Source of the DNA: a bacterium
GTDB lineage: Bacteria; Patescibacteriota; SICC01
NCBI GenBank assembly: GCA_030699935.1
Contig: JAUYKS010000022.1
Location: 18,970-82,969, forward strand
Reading direction: 5' to 3'
DNA length: 64,000 bases
The translations under genes were made by a program, and so were the position numbers. The notes beneath the pieces are model-generated. The model saw only the letters and a program-made list of their open reading frames with translations, was not told the DNA's origin and ran no database searches. Shown piece after piece: positions 50,674 through 58,696 of this stretch (positions are counted from its first letter, which is position 1; each line of letters opens with the position of its first letter).

Positions 50674-51201
50674 TCAGCCGTAGAATTGCTCCGGATCAAT
50701 ACCGGCTTCTCTCATCTTTTCGGCAGCTTCTTCAAGCAGGGGATTCAGTCGATCCCATACGTGGTACTCAACTGCCATCAACCCAAGCGGATGTCCCGTA
50801 GCTTCGTCCAGGAGATCGGCGGCTGCGCCGCTTCGATCTACCTTGAGTAAACGAACGTACTCACGGTTCAGTGGCCCTACTTGATCCTTCTCAGCCAGAG
50901 CCTCTTTAATCTGTCCAACGAACTCTTCATTATCATCCAAGAACTTCACCCACACATCGCCAAGATCTTCAGCCTTCCCTAAGTAAACTTCGTAGAATTC
51001 GTTCCTTTCGCCGCCCACTTCTAGATGCCGCAGTTGCGAAAACAACAAATAGAAGTTGTTTCCGAACTGGATGGTACGCTCCCGGGTTTCCACTCGCGGA
51101 TCATCCATTGGAACTTTAGGAGCGTTCGCCGCTAACTCCCGCATTTCCGCGGAGGGTTCCAGCGGCTCGGCTCCGTCATGACCAGATTCAGGCGCATGCA
51201 T
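50674..51201 (-). CDS. Hypothetical protein between tRNAs
   Basis: 175 aa, lower GC, -10-like TAAAGT just before ATG. Confidence 0.7.
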   Translation of the reverse strand: MHAPESGHDGAEPLEPSAEMRELAANAPKVPMDDPRVETRERTIQFGNNFYLLFSQLRHLEVGGERNEFYEVYLGKAEDLGDVWVKFLDDNEEFVGQIKEALAEKDQVGPLNREYVRLLKVDRSGAAADLLDEATGHPLGLMAVEYHVWDRLNPLLEEAAEKMREAGIDPEQFYG

Positions 51202-51243
51202 AGCTAGTAACTTTACCGTAATAAAGCCATTTTTTCAAGATTG

Positions 51244-51326
51244 TGCTGGGAGAGGGATTCGAACCCCCGAAGACATAAGTCGCCTGGTTTACAGCCAGGT
51301 GCGTTTGGCCGCTTCGCTATCCCAGC
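51244..51326 (-). tRNA. tRNA-Tyr(GTA)
   Basis: CCTGG-CTGTAAA-CCAGG anticodon arm, long variable arm. Confidence 0.97.
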
Positions 51327-51346
51327 GTGTTGTTAATACTACCCTG

Positions 51347-51420
51347 AGCCGAGAGGCGGATTCGAACCGCCGGCCTCCCGCTTACCATGCGGACGCTCTA
51401 ACCAACTGAGCTACCTCGGC
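51347..51420 (-). tRNA. tRNA-Thr(GGT)
   Basis: GCCGAGG acceptor, TCCGC-ATGGTAA-GCGGG anticodon arm. Confidence 0.96.
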
Positions 51421-51992
51421 AATTGCTTCAGAATCCATTGTTGCAGATTACGGTTGAAATAGTACACACTCAGAACTCCGTATAAGCACCTTCTTTTGTA
51501 AGTGCCGGTGGATTGGGATGGCGAAACACGCGGGGGATAGAACTGCTCAGGCTTCATTCCTAGTTCATTAACCCAATATGAAAGCGCTACGTCTGGATCA
51601 AGGTCATTGAAAATCTGGATATTGAAGCATAAGTCGTCCGGGTTAACACCACAGATCCTAGTGAGAAACTTGAGAAATACCCGAATCAAGTAGGGGTCAG
51701 TATTTCCTAAGCGAACTTGGTTTTTGCTAGCCTTGTTTCCTTCACCCCAATACAGCCCGACCCCTAAACCATACAATCGCCACTCTTCCTTGGTCCGTGG
51801 CATCTTGACAGTAAATGGGTCTCCGTTCGGGTTATTTTTAAGATAAATCGCGTCGCTGATGGAACGCCGCTTGATGCCATACTTGTCCATCCAGTAGACG
51901 ACCTTATGTTCCGAGCATCCCAAAGCCAGCGATATATCGCGCATCGACGCCCCTCCTCTGTAGCGCTCCCGAAGGTCCTTTTCGGGAAGCAT
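51411..51992 (-). CDS. HTH + LAGLIDADG-like protein
   Basis: N-terminal HTH (S.RDI...LG.S...V.YW), GVGLYWGEGNK, LGNTDP.LI..FL; low GC. Confidence 0.7.
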   Translation of the reverse strand: MLPEKDLRERYRGGASMRDISLALGCSEHKVVYWMDKYGIKRRSISDAIYLKNNPNGDPFTVKMPRTKEEWRLYGLGVGLYWGEGNKASKNQVRLGNTDPYLIRVFLKFLTRICGVNPDDLCFNIQIFNDLDPDVALSYWVNELGMKPEQFYPPRVSPSQSTGTYKRRCLYGVLSVYYFNRNLQQWILKQLPR

Positions 51993-52036
51993 ACAAGCAT
52001 TATATCACAAGCAGGCTAGTTTTGCGTGCGAGTGTT

Positions 52037-52339
52037 TTACTCGATCCCAAACCGCGCGCTCAACGCCCGGTACTCCTCGCCGTATCTGCCGGCCAGCGCG
52101 TTACAAAGATCCATCCGGCAACGCACGACTTCCCGCAAGGTTTCGTCCTCCGGTATGGATTCCGGATCAAGGCCCGCTGTTCTCTGATCGATATATTTTT
52201 CAAGAATGCGCCGCTGCATCTCCAGCTCTTCTCGCGATTCCGGCAAATGCCCTTCCTGAGCCATCACGAATTCCGCGGCCCGCTCTAACTTCTGGGGATC
52301 CAAATCCCCAAGCACGGACTCGAAGTATCGCTCCGACAT
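52037..52339 (-). CDS. Hypothetical protein
   Basis: 100 aa, TAATG-coupled to the upstream gene. Confidence 0.65.
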   Translation of the reverse strand: MSERYFESVLGDLDPQKLERAAEFVMAQEGHLPESREELEMQRRILEKYIDQRTAGLDPESIPEDETLREVVRCRMDLCNALAGRYGEEYRALSARFGIE

Positions 52340-53226
52340 TACTTCTTCAGGACTTTGTTGAGCTGGGTCCGGCCCTTTTTGTCGGACAGCAGCCGTTCGA
52401 CCTCGGTCAGCCGGTTGAGGACGAAGAAGTTCCGCGGGTCGAGCTTCTTGGCGGCCTCGAACGCCTCCTTGGCGTCGTCGAGCTGGCCGAGCTGCTGGTA
52501 GACCTGGCCGATCCGCGTCATGTACTTGATGTTCTTCGGCTGCTGGACGAGGATCTTCAGGCAGGCTTCCTCGCAGCGCTCGTATTCGCGGTCCCGCCAG
52601 GCCTGGTCGGCCTCGGAGGAAAGTTGCTCGAACGTGCCGGACTGGTGCCGGGTGGCGTCGACGTAAGCCGGCTGGCTCGGCCGGGCCGGGACGCTGGTGA
52701 CCCGTTCGCCGGGCGCGCGGACCGCGGCCGGTTGGGCCGACCGGGCCGGCGTTTCGTCCGGCTGGGACGGCGCGGCTTCGGCTCCGATTTCGGCTCCGGT
52801 GTCGGAATCGACGTCGGTATCGGTGCCGGCAGCGTCGCCTTGCGCCGCGTCGCCCGCGAAGATCGGACTGTCGTCTTCTTCGTCCCCTCCGCCGGTGTCC
52901 GCCACCGTCGGCTCGTCGGAAATCGGTTTCTTCTTGAACAGGCCGCCGGCCATCTCGGTCACGCGGCCCACGGTCCGGTCGGCCACCCGGCCGGCGTTGC
53001 GCGCGTGTTCTTTGACGCTTTCGGCCGTACTGCTCGCGGGACTGGTCGCCGCGTCAGCCGCATCGGATTTCGCAGTTCCGGACTGGGCCGGGGTCGGTTC
53101 CGCCGTCTCGGACTTCGGGACGTCGACCTTGTCCACGCCGAACAGCCGCGCCTCGACATCAGGCCAGCGCCGGGCGGCATACACGATGCCGGCGACGAAG
53201 GCGATGAGGATTAGGGCGGTAAGCAT
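52339..53226 (-). CDS. Membrane-anchored protein with disordered linker and C-terminal TPR
   Basis: N-terminal TM; IGQVYQQLGQLDDAKEAFEAAKKLDP. Confidence 0.8.
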   Translation of the reverse strand: MLTALILIAFVAGIVYAARRWPDVEARLFGVDKVDVPKSETAEPTPAQSGTAKSDAADAATSPASSTAESVKEHARNAGRVADRTVGRVTEMAGGLFKKKPISDEPTVADTGGGDEEDDSPIFAGDAAQGDAAGTDTDVDSDTGAEIGAEAAPSQPDETPARSAQPAAVRAPGERVTSVPARPSQPAYVDATRHQSGTFEQLSSEADQAWRDREYERCEEACLKILVQQPKNIKYMTRIGQVYQQLGQLDDAKEAFEAAKKLDPRNFFVLNRLTEVERLLSDKKGRTQLNKVLKK

Positions 53227-54201
53227 CTAAGTGCCGAGGTTGAGGAATAATTGCTCCAGAAGAAGCTGAGTGTTGGGATTGTAGCGCAGCTTCCTGCGGG
53301 CAGCAAATAAACGTACCAGACTATCTATGCGTTTGGCTAGTGGTACGGCCTCGGCCAGGCGTTCCGCGGTATGCCCCTGTCCCGCTCCGCCTCGGGCTCC
53401 GCCCGGGGTCCCGCCTCGGAGCGAGTCACGATAGAGGCCGATCCAAGTGTCCAAGCGTTCCGGCAGCGCGTCCGGCTCGTCCGCCAAACGTTTGGCCAGC
53501 GCCAGACGCTGCGGCACCGGCTCCCTGACGATATCCAGCAACGCCGATTCGGTTTCCCGGATCGCGGCGTCCGCCGCCGGATCGTCCGCCAGCCGGATCG
53601 CCGTGCCGGGCCGTTGCCCGGCCCGTGCCCCGATCCCCTCGGCATCCTCGACCCCCCGCTGCGCCAGCGCCTTGGTCAGCTCACCGGCCGGGACCGGTCC
53701 CAGCGGCACTCGTTGGCAGCGCGAGACCGTCGTCGGCAGGAGGCTCGCCGGAGATTGCGCCGTCAGGATCAGGATCGCGCGGCGCGGCGGCTCCTCGAGC
53801 AGCTTGAGCAGCGCATTCTGGGCGGGTATGCCGAGCCGGTGGGCGTCCGGGATCAGGCCGACCTGGTGACGCGCGGAATGCGGAGCCAACGTGAGCGCTC
53901 GGGACAAATCCCGGACTTGGGCGATCGTCAGGTTTCCTTCGTCGGGCAGCCGATGGTAGTCCGGATGGTTCCCCGCTTCCCTCAAAAGGCAGGAGGTGCA
54001 GGTTCCGCACGGACCGTCCGGTTTCTCGCAGAGCAGCGCCGCCGCGAACCGTTCGGACAGCGTGTGCTTGCCGATGCCGGACGGACCGGTCAGGAGATAT
54101 GCATGACCGCCGCCGCCTTGCCCGGCCGCTCGTTTGGACAACCGCGCCGCCGCCGCCGCGTTCCCGATGAACCCGTTCCCGATCAATTCCTTAGCTTCCA
54201 T
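53227..54201 (-). CDS. holB: DNA polymerase III delta-prime subunit
   Basis: HAYLLTGPSGIGK, C..PCGTC.SC, HPD, NALLKLLEEPP, LLPTTVSRC. Confidence 0.93.
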   Translation of the reverse strand: MEAKELIGNGFIGNAAAAARLSKRAAGQGGGGHAYLLTGPSGIGKHTLSERFAAALLCEKPDGPCGTCTSCLLREAGNHPDYHRLPDEGNLTIAQVRDLSRALTLAPHSARHQVGLIPDAHRLGIPAQNALLKLLEEPPRRAILILTAQSPASLLPTTVSRCQRVPLGPVPAGELTKALAQRGVEDAEGIGARAGQRPGTAIRLADDPAADAAIRETESALLDIVREPVPQRLALAKRLADEPDALPERLDTWIGLYRDSLRGGTPGGARGGAGQGHTAERLAEAVPLAKRIDSLVRLFAARRKLRYNPNTQLLLEQLFLNLGT

Positions 54202-54315
54202 TCCGTTACATTGTAGACCAAGCGGCAGACCAGGCGTTCCCGGCCACGGAGTTTTTACCCTTGGTTATCGATAAAACCATTGATTCCGCGGGCGATCCGT
54301 GCTAAAATCCGGTCG

Positions 54316-54630
54316 ATGATTGAAGTGAAGGACCACCAGCTCGAATGCACCAAATGCGGCAACGCGTTCGTCTTCGCGGCGAAGGAGGCGGCGCGTTTCA
54401 ACGAGAAAGGGCTGACCAACATCCCGAAGAAGTGCCCGGATTGCCGCGCCAAAGAACGCGCCAAGCAGGAACAGAAGCTGCGCGTCGCGGTGAATTGCGC
54501 CGAGTGCGGCGTCGCCTTCGAGATCCCCTTCGAGCCCGCCCGCAACGCCGACGGTACGCTGGCCCGCCCGGTGTACTGTGTCGAGCACTTCGAGCGGCCC
54601 GATTCTCCCGCTACTCCCGCTACTTCTTGA
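54316..54630 (+). CDS. Zinc-ribbon (CxxC-x17-CxxC type) protein
   Basis: CTKCG..FVF...E..F..KG..N.PKKCPDCR and CAECG..PF.P..RPVYC. Confidence 0.85.
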   Translation: MIEVKDHQLECTKCGNAFVFAAKEAARFNEKGLTNIPKKCPDCRAKERAKQEQKLRVAVNCAECGVAFEIPFEPARNADGTLARPVYCVEHFERPDSPATPATS

Positions 54631-55150
54631 ACGCCGTCAGGATCCGCTCCGCGACTTCCTTGGCGGGCACTTTCGTGGTGTCGATGACCAGGTCCTGGGT
54701 GCCGAGATCCGACAAGGATATTGAGTAGAGCGCCTTGTAGCGTTCGCTTTCGAGCCGTTCGCGCGTCTTGATGTCCTCGGTCGTGCCCGGTTCCCGCTCG
54801 CGGATGCGGCGCAGACGTTCGTCTTCGGCGCAGGTCAGCCAGACTTTGAAGCCCGGGGTGCCGGGCGGCAGGATCCAGGCCAGGACCCGGCTTTCGACGA
54901 TGACGTTTCCCTGCCGGGCCCGCTCGACCAGGCCGTCGTCGACCTTCCGCTCCAGTTCCGGATGCCGTTTGAGCGTCTCGTTGTACTGCTCGATCGTCTC
55001 GCCGGACGCGGCCGCATGTTCGCGGAAAATGCCGCCGGCGTAGACATGTTCAAGCCCGAGCTGTTCCGCGACCAGCCGGCTGGCAGTCGTGGATCCGGTT
55101 CCGGAGAGACCGCCGATGATCAGGACCGGTCCCGTCGGACGGTCAGGCAC
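54620..55150 (-). CDS. cmk: Cytidylate kinase, short archaeal-like type
   Basis: GLSGTGSTT (Ser at the usual P-loop Lys position), AGGIFRE, ESR, R..RI..RE, Y..LY.I, DLVIDTT. Confidence 0.75.
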   Translation of the reverse strand: MPDRPTGPVLIIGGLSGTGSTTASRLVAEQLGLEHVYAGGIFREHAAASGETIEQYNETLKRHPELERKVDDGLVERARQGNVIVESRVLAWILPPGTPGFKVWLTCAEDERLRRIREREPGTTEDIKTRERLESERYKALYSISLSDLGTQDLVIDTTKVPAKEVAERILTAFKK

Positions 55151-55826
55151 CGCGGGCCTCCCCGGATCGGATCTTTTCGAGGAACCGTCGCAGGTCGTCC
55201 GGCAGCAGCGACTCCACCGTGACGGACTTGCCCGTCCGCGGATGTACGAACTTCAGTTTCGCGGCGTGCAGGAACTGCCGGCCGGGACTGCGCTCCGTGG
55301 ATCCATACGTCGCATCCCCGACGATCGGATTGCCGAGCGCGGACAGGTGGACGCGGATCTGGTGCGTCCGGCCGGTCTTCGGCCGGACCTCGAGCAGGGC
55401 GTATCCCGGCAGCGACTCGATTACTTTGTACCGGGTCACCGACGCCTTGCCGTCCGGCCGGACCGCGAACTTCTTGCGGTCGGCGTGGTGCCGCGCGATC
55501 GGCGCGTCCAACTCGGCCTCGGGTTCCGTCGGATTGCCGCGGACCAATGCCAGGTAGGTCTTCGTCACGGTCCGGTCCTTGAATTGCTTCGACAGCACGG
55601 CGGCGGCTTCCGCGGTCTTCGCGGCCAGCAGGACGCCGGACGTATCCTTGTCTAACCGGTGCACCAGACCGTGGCGTTCCAGCTTGCCGGTCTCGGGAAC
55701 GTTCGCTGCCAACCAGTCCAGCAAGGTGCCGTCGCTGCGGCCGGCGCCGGGGTGTACGGCCAAGCCGGCCGGCTTGTCGACGGCCACGAAATCGGAATCG
55801 TCCAGCAACACGGCCGGTTCAGTCAT
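55143..55826 (-). CDS. RluA/RluD-family pseudouridine synthase (no S4 domain)
   Basis: DKPAGL.VHP, HRLDKDTSG, TGRTHQIRVH. Confidence 0.95.
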   Translation of the reverse strand: MTEPAVLLDDSDFVAVDKPAGLAVHPGAGRSDGTLLDWLAANVPETGKLERHGLVHRLDKDTSGVLLAAKTAEAAAVLSKQFKDRTVTKTYLALVRGNPTEPEAELDAPIARHHADRKKFAVRPDGKASVTRYKVIESLPGYALLEVRPKTGRTHQIRVHLSALGNPIVGDATYGSTERSPGRQFLHAAKLKFVHPRTGKSVTVESLLPDDLRRFLEKIRSGEARGA

Positions 55827-56292
55827 CCTGTCCCCGCCGCCAGAGGATCGTGACCAGGATTCCCGCCCCGGTGATGATCGCCAGGTCGGCCACGTTGAAG
55901 TGGGCCGTCGGGCCGATTGCCACGATATCGAGTACGCCGTCGTACTGGATGCGGTCGAGCGTGTTGGACGCGGCGCCGGCCAGCAGCAGCCAGAACCCGG
56001 CCCGGACCTCGGGACGGAAGCTCCGCGTCAGCCAGTAGCCCAGGCACGCGGAGATCGTGACGCCGGCGATCAACAGGATGCCGTTGTCGATCGGCAGGCC
56101 CAGCACGCCCTCGCGGTTGTAGACGGCGCCGATCCGGAGCGGTCCCGCGGTCAGGATCGTGCCGCCGTTCACGACGAGCCACTTCGTCAGCTGGTCGACC
56201 AGGACGATGCCAAGGGCGACCACGCCGAATCCGCGCGGCGGGTTCAAACGCGGCGGACTGAAGCGGAACGTACTGAAACGCGACAGGTTCAC
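55819..56292 (-). CDS. lspA: Lipoprotein signal peptidase
   Basis: DQLTK, N.G, GAASNTLDR, V.D, FNVAD; GTG start overlaps the lgt stop. Confidence 0.88.
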   Translation of the reverse strand: MNLSRFSTFRFSPPRLNPPRGFGVVALGIVLVDQLTKWLVVNGGTILTAGPLRIGAVYNREGVLGLPIDNGILLIAGVTISACLGYWLTRSFRPEVRAGFWLLLAGAASNTLDRIQYDGVLDIVAIGPTAHFNVADLAIITGAGILVTILWRRGQDD

Positions 56293-57089
56293 TTCGCCAG
56301 CCCCACCCGGTATCGGCGGACCAGTACGTACAAGCTGATTCCCATCAATATCAGGCCGGTGGCCACGGCGGCCCGGATCCCTCCCACGAAGAGCGCTTCC
56401 TCGGACTGATGCCACGCCTCCAGGGTTACCTGCACGATCCCGAGCAGGAAGACGGTCACCCAGAAGACCAATCCCGGCTTGGCTTTACCGGCGGCGCCGA
56501 GTTTCCAAAGCCGGTAACCGTAGACGGCGATCGCGGCGTAGAGCACGGCGGCGTAGAGTGCCAGCGGATGGACGCGCACGCCCTCCACCAACGACGCCAA
56601 CTGATCCGCGTAACCGATCGACCAAGGCAATGACGTCTGCGTGCCGAGGAAGTCGCCGTTGAGAAGGCTGCCGATCCGGCCGGCCGCCAGTCCGGCCAAC
56701 GCGGCGATCGCGGCGATGTCCAGCCAACGCCAAGTGGAGCCGGTCCGATCGCCCGTGCCCTGGACGCCCCGTTGCCAGCGGATCACCGCCAGCAGTCCGG
56801 CCAATCCCCCGGCGACCCCGCCGGCCAACGCCAGCCGCCCGCCGCCGATCGCGAACCAGTTCCAGAACGAACCGGCGTCTTCCGGCCGGAGCGCCAGGTA
56901 CCACAGCCGCGCCCCGAGCAATCCGCCGAAGGCGGTCGCCAGCAAGTAGTCACTGATCCGCCGGCTCGGCAATCCGGCCTGCTTGGCCAGAAGGTACGCT
57001 ACCGCCGCCGCGACCCCGAATCCGAACACCACGAAGACACCGTAACTGTAGACGGTCAGGGGTCCGAGCTCGAAGAGGATCGGCTGCAT
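56289..57089 (-). CDS. lgt: Prolipoprotein diacylglyceryl transferase
   Basis: P.LFELGP..VYSYG, LGARL.Y, GRIG..LNG..G..T.LPW, HP..LY. Confidence 0.88.
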   Translation of the reverse strand: MQPILFELGPLTVYSYGVFVVFGFGVAAAVAYLLAKQAGLPSRRISDYLLATAFGGLLGARLWYLALRPEDAGSFWNWFAIGGGRLALAGGVAGGLAGLLAVIRWQRGVQGTGDRTGSTWRWLDIAAIAALAGLAAGRIGSLLNGDFLGTQTSLPWSIGYADQLASLVEGVRVHPLALYAAVLYAAIAVYGYRLWKLGAAGKAKPGLVFWVTVFLLGIVQVTLEAWHQSEEALFVGGIRAAVATGLILMGISLYVLVRRYRVGLAK

Positions 57090-57119
57090 GCCCTTCATTG
57101 TATGGTCGGCCCGCGTGAA

Positions 57120-57737
57120 AATGAAAAAGGCGCCGAACTAAGGCCACCCGTAATGAATTAACTTGGTGCTTGCCGGCGCCGATTTCCTAAAAAAGGTTTG
57201 GGGCTCCCCGAGCGATCCGGGAGCCCCGGCCCGTGCCATCTTGGGATGTGCCGGGCAGCAGGCTTGGCGCCACCGGTCTGAGTCTGACCTAGTCGAGCAT
57301 TTGTTTTGATTTTTTCTCGCAGGGAGACTCAGAACGGTGAAGCTAAGGGTTGCTGCCCGGCACGGGTAGGGACAAACGTGAATGGTCTTGAAACGTTGTG
57401 TTTCGGTTTTGGGAGGGTTGAGGGCGCACCGTGATGCGGCCTCTTTGGTTTTTGTTTGTCCGTTCGTCCGCTGTGGGTGGGTGGGATCGGCACCCGCTCG
57501 AACAGCAGGGCGGCGAGCACCTTCTGGCTAGCGATATGCGGTCATGAAGGTGTTGTTTCTTTTTGATTTTCCTTCGCAGAGGACGCTGCGTCTTAAGGGA
57601 AAGTGCTCGACTCCCCGCCGTTCGGCTGCGGTTCCGGCTTGGAACCGTGCGTGGCATGGGCCTTATTTTGAATGTGCTTGGGGGACTAAAAACCCCGATG
57701 TCGCGGGCCTTTTGCGGCCACCGCTCAATCGGGATTA
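57120..57737 (-). ncRNA. Candidate large structured non-coding RNA of about 615 nt, family not recognised
   Basis: Dedicated promoter and terminator, several nested 8-15 bp helices with G-U pairs favouring the minus strand, repeated A/C-rich loops, no credible CDS. Confidence 0.7.
57122..57181 (-). terminator. Terminator-like hairpin closing the candidate ncRNA
   Basis: GGCGCCG...CGGCGCC followed by TTTTTCATTTT. Confidence 0.6.
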
Positions 57738-57741
57738 AGTC

Positions 57742-57770
57742 AACGTAGCACCGTGAACAAGACTTGTCAA
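57742..57770 (-). promoter_or_regulatory. sigma70 promoter for the candidate ncRNA
   Basis: TTGACA-N17-TACGTT with an extended -10 TG. Confidence 0.65.
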
Positions 57771-57854
57771 CACTTATGCATAATATTTGTTCAATCAGGC
57801 ACGGTAAGGCATGGGCCAGGCACAAATAAACATGATTTAGGCAAAAACAGTTAC

Positions 57855-57892
57855 GAAGAAAGCAGCGGATTTGGGTTTGAAACCCGCTGCTT
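57855..57892 (-). terminator. Terminator-like hairpin downstream of the 58111-58533 gene
   Basis: AAGCAGCGG...CCGCTGCTT followed by TCTT. Confidence 0.55.
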
Positions 57893-58110
57893 GTGTGTCG
57901 GTCCATACCTTTGAATCCATACCCTTGGATCATCTTCTGTAAAGCCTCGTCAAATGCCTGACGGCACCTCCCCTGACGAGACCTCGGACGGATGGCGGGG
58001 AGCCGGATGCGGCGCATCCGGAGATAGATGGATCACCTCCTCAGTCGTCGACGCCGATCAGGACGGCAGGCGCAGGCAAATTACATCACCACCTTTCGAC
58101 AACTTGGAGG

Positions 58111-58533
58111 TTAGCGGACCATCGCCACGCGCGGCGCGAGACGAGGCGGGCGCAAGGCGCTTCGCCGGGACCGCTTCCGCGTGCGCGCGGGTCTTTCCGA
58201 GAGGGCCGTAACGGGCTCGTCGGTCGGAACTACATAGGGCGGATGGAGTAACGTCTTCTCCCTCAGTCCCTCTTGTTGCAACTCCTCGCACATCTGGCAT
58301 TCGCCGCGCAGGTGCCGGTGGTGATCCTCATCCATGATCTCGTACGAGGGCATGGAGGGCGGATCGCCATGGTTGATCAGCTTGTGCTGCTCGATCGGCA
58401 TCCGCACTTTCCGGCACGGACGGTTCCGGAAGGCCCTGGTGATCTCCTGATCCATTCCGGATCGCGGAAACTTATACCAAGGCTCCGGAAATACCTCGTG
58501 ATGAACGTTGGTACCATCTCTGTCGCGAGCCAA
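58111..58533 (-). CDS. Small His/Cys-rich hypothetical protein, possibly HNH-like
   Basis: TTG start with SD AAGGGA; NVHHEVFP...FRN.PC...EQH..INH, later H.H...CQMC, Arg-rich tail. Confidence 0.55.
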   Translation of the reverse strand: MARDRDGTNVHHEVFPEPWYKFPRSGMDQEITRAFRNRPCRKVRMPIEQHKLINHGDPPSMPSYEIMDEDHHRHLRGECQMCEELQQEGLREKTLLHPPYVVPTDEPVTALSERPARTRKRSRRSALRPPRLAPRVAMVR

Positions 58534-58696
58534 CAGATACGTCCCTTCGTCGTCGGTTTGCAGGTATGGATTGTGTTTTTGAGGTACGAAAAAACCGCCC
58601 TAGAGCGGTCGCGAAAGAAGCCCTTGTCCTTCGCTTTTGTTTTGACGGCCTGAATGAACCATCGCTCTTAATTGTACGGCCTGCGCGAGGCACCCG

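Noticed and set aside
57120-57737. Identification as RNase P RNA, tmRNA, SRP/6S RNA or a group I/II intron
   Set aside because: No GAGGAAAGTCC/P4 motif, no tRNA-like ends or TTCGA arm, no SRP GNRA-AGCAG motif, no group II domain V, and no interrupted host gene seen by eye.
57653-57817. 10-bp direct repeat GGCATGGGCC (57653-57662 and 57808-57817)
   Set aside because: Short and GC-rich; the second copy lies upstream of the promoter and there is no supporting structure, so chance cannot be excluded.
57343-58017. 224-aa minus-strand ORF (and the 61-64 aa ORFs) across the candidate ncRNA
   Set aside because: It crosses a terminator and a promoter, has atypical Arg/Cys/Pro composition and no motif; nested helices explain the sequence better. 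Not formally excluded.
58029-58041. TGGATCACCTCCT as a 16S rRNA remnant
   Set aside because: The flanking sequence lacks the helix 45 (GGAAGGTGCGG) context, so it is treated as an SD/anti-SD motif instead.
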